Position numbers and translations under genes: made by a program. The notes beneath the pieces are model-generated. The model ran no database searches. It was not told the DNA's origin and saw only the letters and a program-made list of their open reading frames with translations. This document shows, piece by piece, positions 57,246 through 58,891 of a stretch of DNA of 58,891 nucleotides (positions are counted from its first letter, which is position 1; every line of letters begins with the position of its first letter). Source of the stretch: a virus (lineage: Duplodnaviria; Caudoviricetes); the IMG/VR virus record IMGVR_UViG_3300024289_000039, positions 1-58,891 of that record. One strand, written 5' to 3'.

Positions 57246-57686
57246 CTATTTGCTTCTCAATCGGCAGATCTCCTCGAGCCTAGCAATGTACGACGAGAGC
57301 GAGCTGGTGAATTGTTTCGGATTGACCGAGATCTCTGCCAGATTCTCTATCTCAAAACCAGCAGACCAATGCTTGATTCCGTCACCCGGAGCAGCAAACA
57401 AATGCTCAGGAACTGTCCCCTGACCAACCCCAAAAAGGAATACAGAGGGAACATCAAACTCCGCCAGCCTGCGGTGCCAGTTTATCTGAGGAGGTCTGAT
57501 CTCTGACGGATACAGGATGCCATCCTTCAAATCAGCAACTTTAAGCTCAATCGGAATTATTCTCCGACCAACGATAATCTGTATGTCCGGTATGCCCATG
57601 TTCGAACCGAGCCGAGGTTCATATGACTCAATCCAACCAACCCAATTCTGCCGGATCCATTTCTTCAGATGTGTCGTCTCACGCAT
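57246..57686 (-). CDS. PD-(D/E)XK nuclease, putative Holliday junction resolvase
   Basis: E...GIPDI...IELKV...RPPQINW. Confidence 0.8.
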   Translation of the reverse strand: MRETTHLKKWIRQNWVGWIESYEPRLGSNMGIPDIQIIVGRRIIPIELKVADLKDGILYPSEIRPPQINWHRRLAEFDVPSVFLFGVGQGTVPEHLFAAPGDGIKHWSAGFEIENLAEISVNPKQFTSSLSSYIARLEEICRLRSK

Positions 57687-57798
57687 TTTCCATTTCCACT
57701 CGCTAGAGCAATTTCACGAACCTTCCTTCTATTACTTTCTCTCTTTCTTTTTCCTCCAGAGTGAGTGGAATTCAGGAGAGGAATGGAAATGGAAAATG
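57684..57798 (-). repeat. 115-bp element with 15-bp terminal inverted repeats, copy 2
   Basis: Reverse complement of 15693..15807; same length and termini. Confidence 0.9.
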
Positions 57799-57901
57799 TT
57801 CCAGAAAACGAGTTTATTATTGTTTTTGTTCGCGCTTTCGTTTCACATTCCGCCACTGACCATGGAAAAAGAAAACAGAACCTATGTGCACATGCACCAT
57901 C

Positions 57902-58066
57902 TCACATGAAAATAGCAGCCGCCAACCCCACTCCAAGCACCGCCGAGAACAGGACCATGAACACCGCAAAACTGACCGCAACGACCATCGTCGCCCATTC
58001 CGCCCACCATGTGACTATCGCCTTGCCACGCACAGAAGCGAGATAGTCTTTCGCAATTTTTATCAT
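57902..58066 (-). CDS. Small membrane protein
   Basis: Manual translation MIKIAKDY...VVAVSFAVFMVLFSAVLGVGLAAAIFM, GGAGG RBS. Confidence 0.55.
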   Translation of the reverse strand: MIKIAKDYLASVRGKAIVTWWAEWATMVVAVSFAVFMVLFSAVLGVGLAAAIFM

Positions 58067-58184
58067 AGTTCAACCCTCCGCCATCATCCCAGTTTCTTGG
58101 AGCATCCGAACAACGCTCCGATCATCCCCAGCACAATGATCACGATCCTTGCTCTGATTATCGTCATGCATATCAATCTCGTAA

Positions 58185-58454
58185 TCATAAAGCATCTTTC
58201 TTTCCGGTTCGTCCGAGAGACATGTCATAACATTTTAGGCACATAGTTTTAGACCCATTACGGAGATGCTGTCCTTTCAAGACGCAAATCTCTCCGCAAG
58301 TGCAGACACATTCAAACATCGCACTCTTGCGCCGACCAGCCCCATCGCTCTTGATGTAGCGGATCACGCTCAACTGGCCATAGGTCTTGCCTGTTTCGTC
58401 AATGAACCCTACCTGTTGGCGCAAATGGAACGGGAAATAACCTTTGTCGTTCAT
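58185..58454 (-). CDS. Stand-alone Cys-rich domain of the type found N-terminal in HNH/AP2 phage proteins
   Basis: DETGKTYGQLSV...FECVCTCG...LRNGSKTMCLKC. Confidence 0.65.
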   Translation of the reverse strand: MNDKGYFPFHLRQQVGFIDETGKTYGQLSVIRYIKSDGAGRRKSAMFECVCTCGEICVLKGQHLRNGSKTMCLKCYDMSLGRTGKKDAL

Positions 58455-58681
58455 TTCCCCTCCAGTGCGTGCTTCGTCCAGACCAGAAGCGCCATCGCCC
58501 TATTAGGCGCAGGTATGCCGTTGTCGCCATCAACCACATCAGCTTGATCCTCTAAGTATTCGAGGATTGCAGGGAACAGACTCTCCAGTTTCTCAATGCG
58601 GTCGGCGGCGGCATCACGCAGCGTCCACAGTTGTTCTTGCGAGAGAGCATCTTTACGCAGTCGCTTCACAAGATCATCCAT
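58451..58681 (-). CDS. Small modular protein, DDLVKRLR family
   Basis: MDDLVKRLR...AADRIEKLES + C-terminal module shared with 550..780. Confidence 0.8.
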   Translation of the reverse strand: MDDLVKRLRKDALSQEQLWTLRDAAADRIEKLESLFPAILEYLEDQADVVDGDNGIPAPNRAMALLVWTKHALEGK

Positions 58682-58891
58682 CTTTCCCCTCCAGCGCAGC
58701 GCGTGCGGCTTCAACAGCAGACCCCCATTCATCAGCGTATTTAATCAAAGGTGGCCCGTTCTGAACATCAAGCAACGATTGCAGCGCCGCTTCCAGCGTC
58801 TCAATGCGACTGTGCTTTTCATCCACCACACCAGCGATCCACTCAACTGCACTATCAATCCCGTCCTCTTTGATAACCGCTTCAATCGCTT
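58674..58891 (-). CDS. Second copy of the 770..1003 gene (5' truncated by window end)
   Basis: Near-identical DNA; ends ARAALEGKDG. Confidence 0.75.
   Translation of the reverse strand, partial: AIEAVIKEDGIDSAVEWIAGVVDEKHSRIETLEAALQSLLDVQNGPPLIKYADEWGSAVEAARAALEGKDG
58690..58891. repeat. Direct repeat, copy 2
   Basis: Matches 789..990. Confidence 0.95.

Noticed and set aside
58185-58454. Homing endonuclease
   Set aside because: Only the Cys-rich accessory domain is present; no HNH or GIY-YIG catalytic motif
58690-58891. Terminal direct repeat of a linear genome
   Set aside because: The match is to 789..990, not to the window start, so it is not a simple DTR
1-58891. Stop-codon reassignment, introns/inteins, tRNAs, integrase
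   Set aside because: Core genes are intact in the standard code with expected lengths; none of these features was recognised by eye (a tRNAscan run would be needed to exclude tRNAs)

Overview
Near-complete (~58 kb) genome of a tailed dsDNA phage with a podovirus-like virion, probably lytic (no integrase, repressor, tRNA or CRISPR seen). A GcrA homologue points to an alphaproteobacterial host. Transcription diverges from an AT-rich region at ~12.3 kb. The rightward arm (12.5-19.0 kb) carries early genes, denV, DUF932, a SNF2 helicase and gcrA. The leftward arm carries an SSB-like gene, a nucleotide-metabolism cluster (flavoprotein, divergent ThyX, HAD phosphatase, DUF6378-like), DnaQ, DnaE, primase-helicase and an array of small modular ORFs. 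It wraps round to resolvase, terminase, a 1495-aa multidomain protein, portal, GroES, scaffold, capsid, tail/fibre, lysis and ejection genes. The contig end repeats internal positions ~789-990, not position 1. Best leads: (1) a candidate pyrimidine-modification pathway around a ThyX with altered active-site motifs; (2) a polyvalent effector-like protein whose domains are separated by an [FYM]-x-x-G-G motif shared with other virion proteins; (3) two inverted copies of a 115-bp element with perfect 15-bp terminal inverted repeats; (4) a cassette array of 'DDLVKRLR...AADRIE' mini-genes. All family calls are from motif recognition by eye, not database searches.
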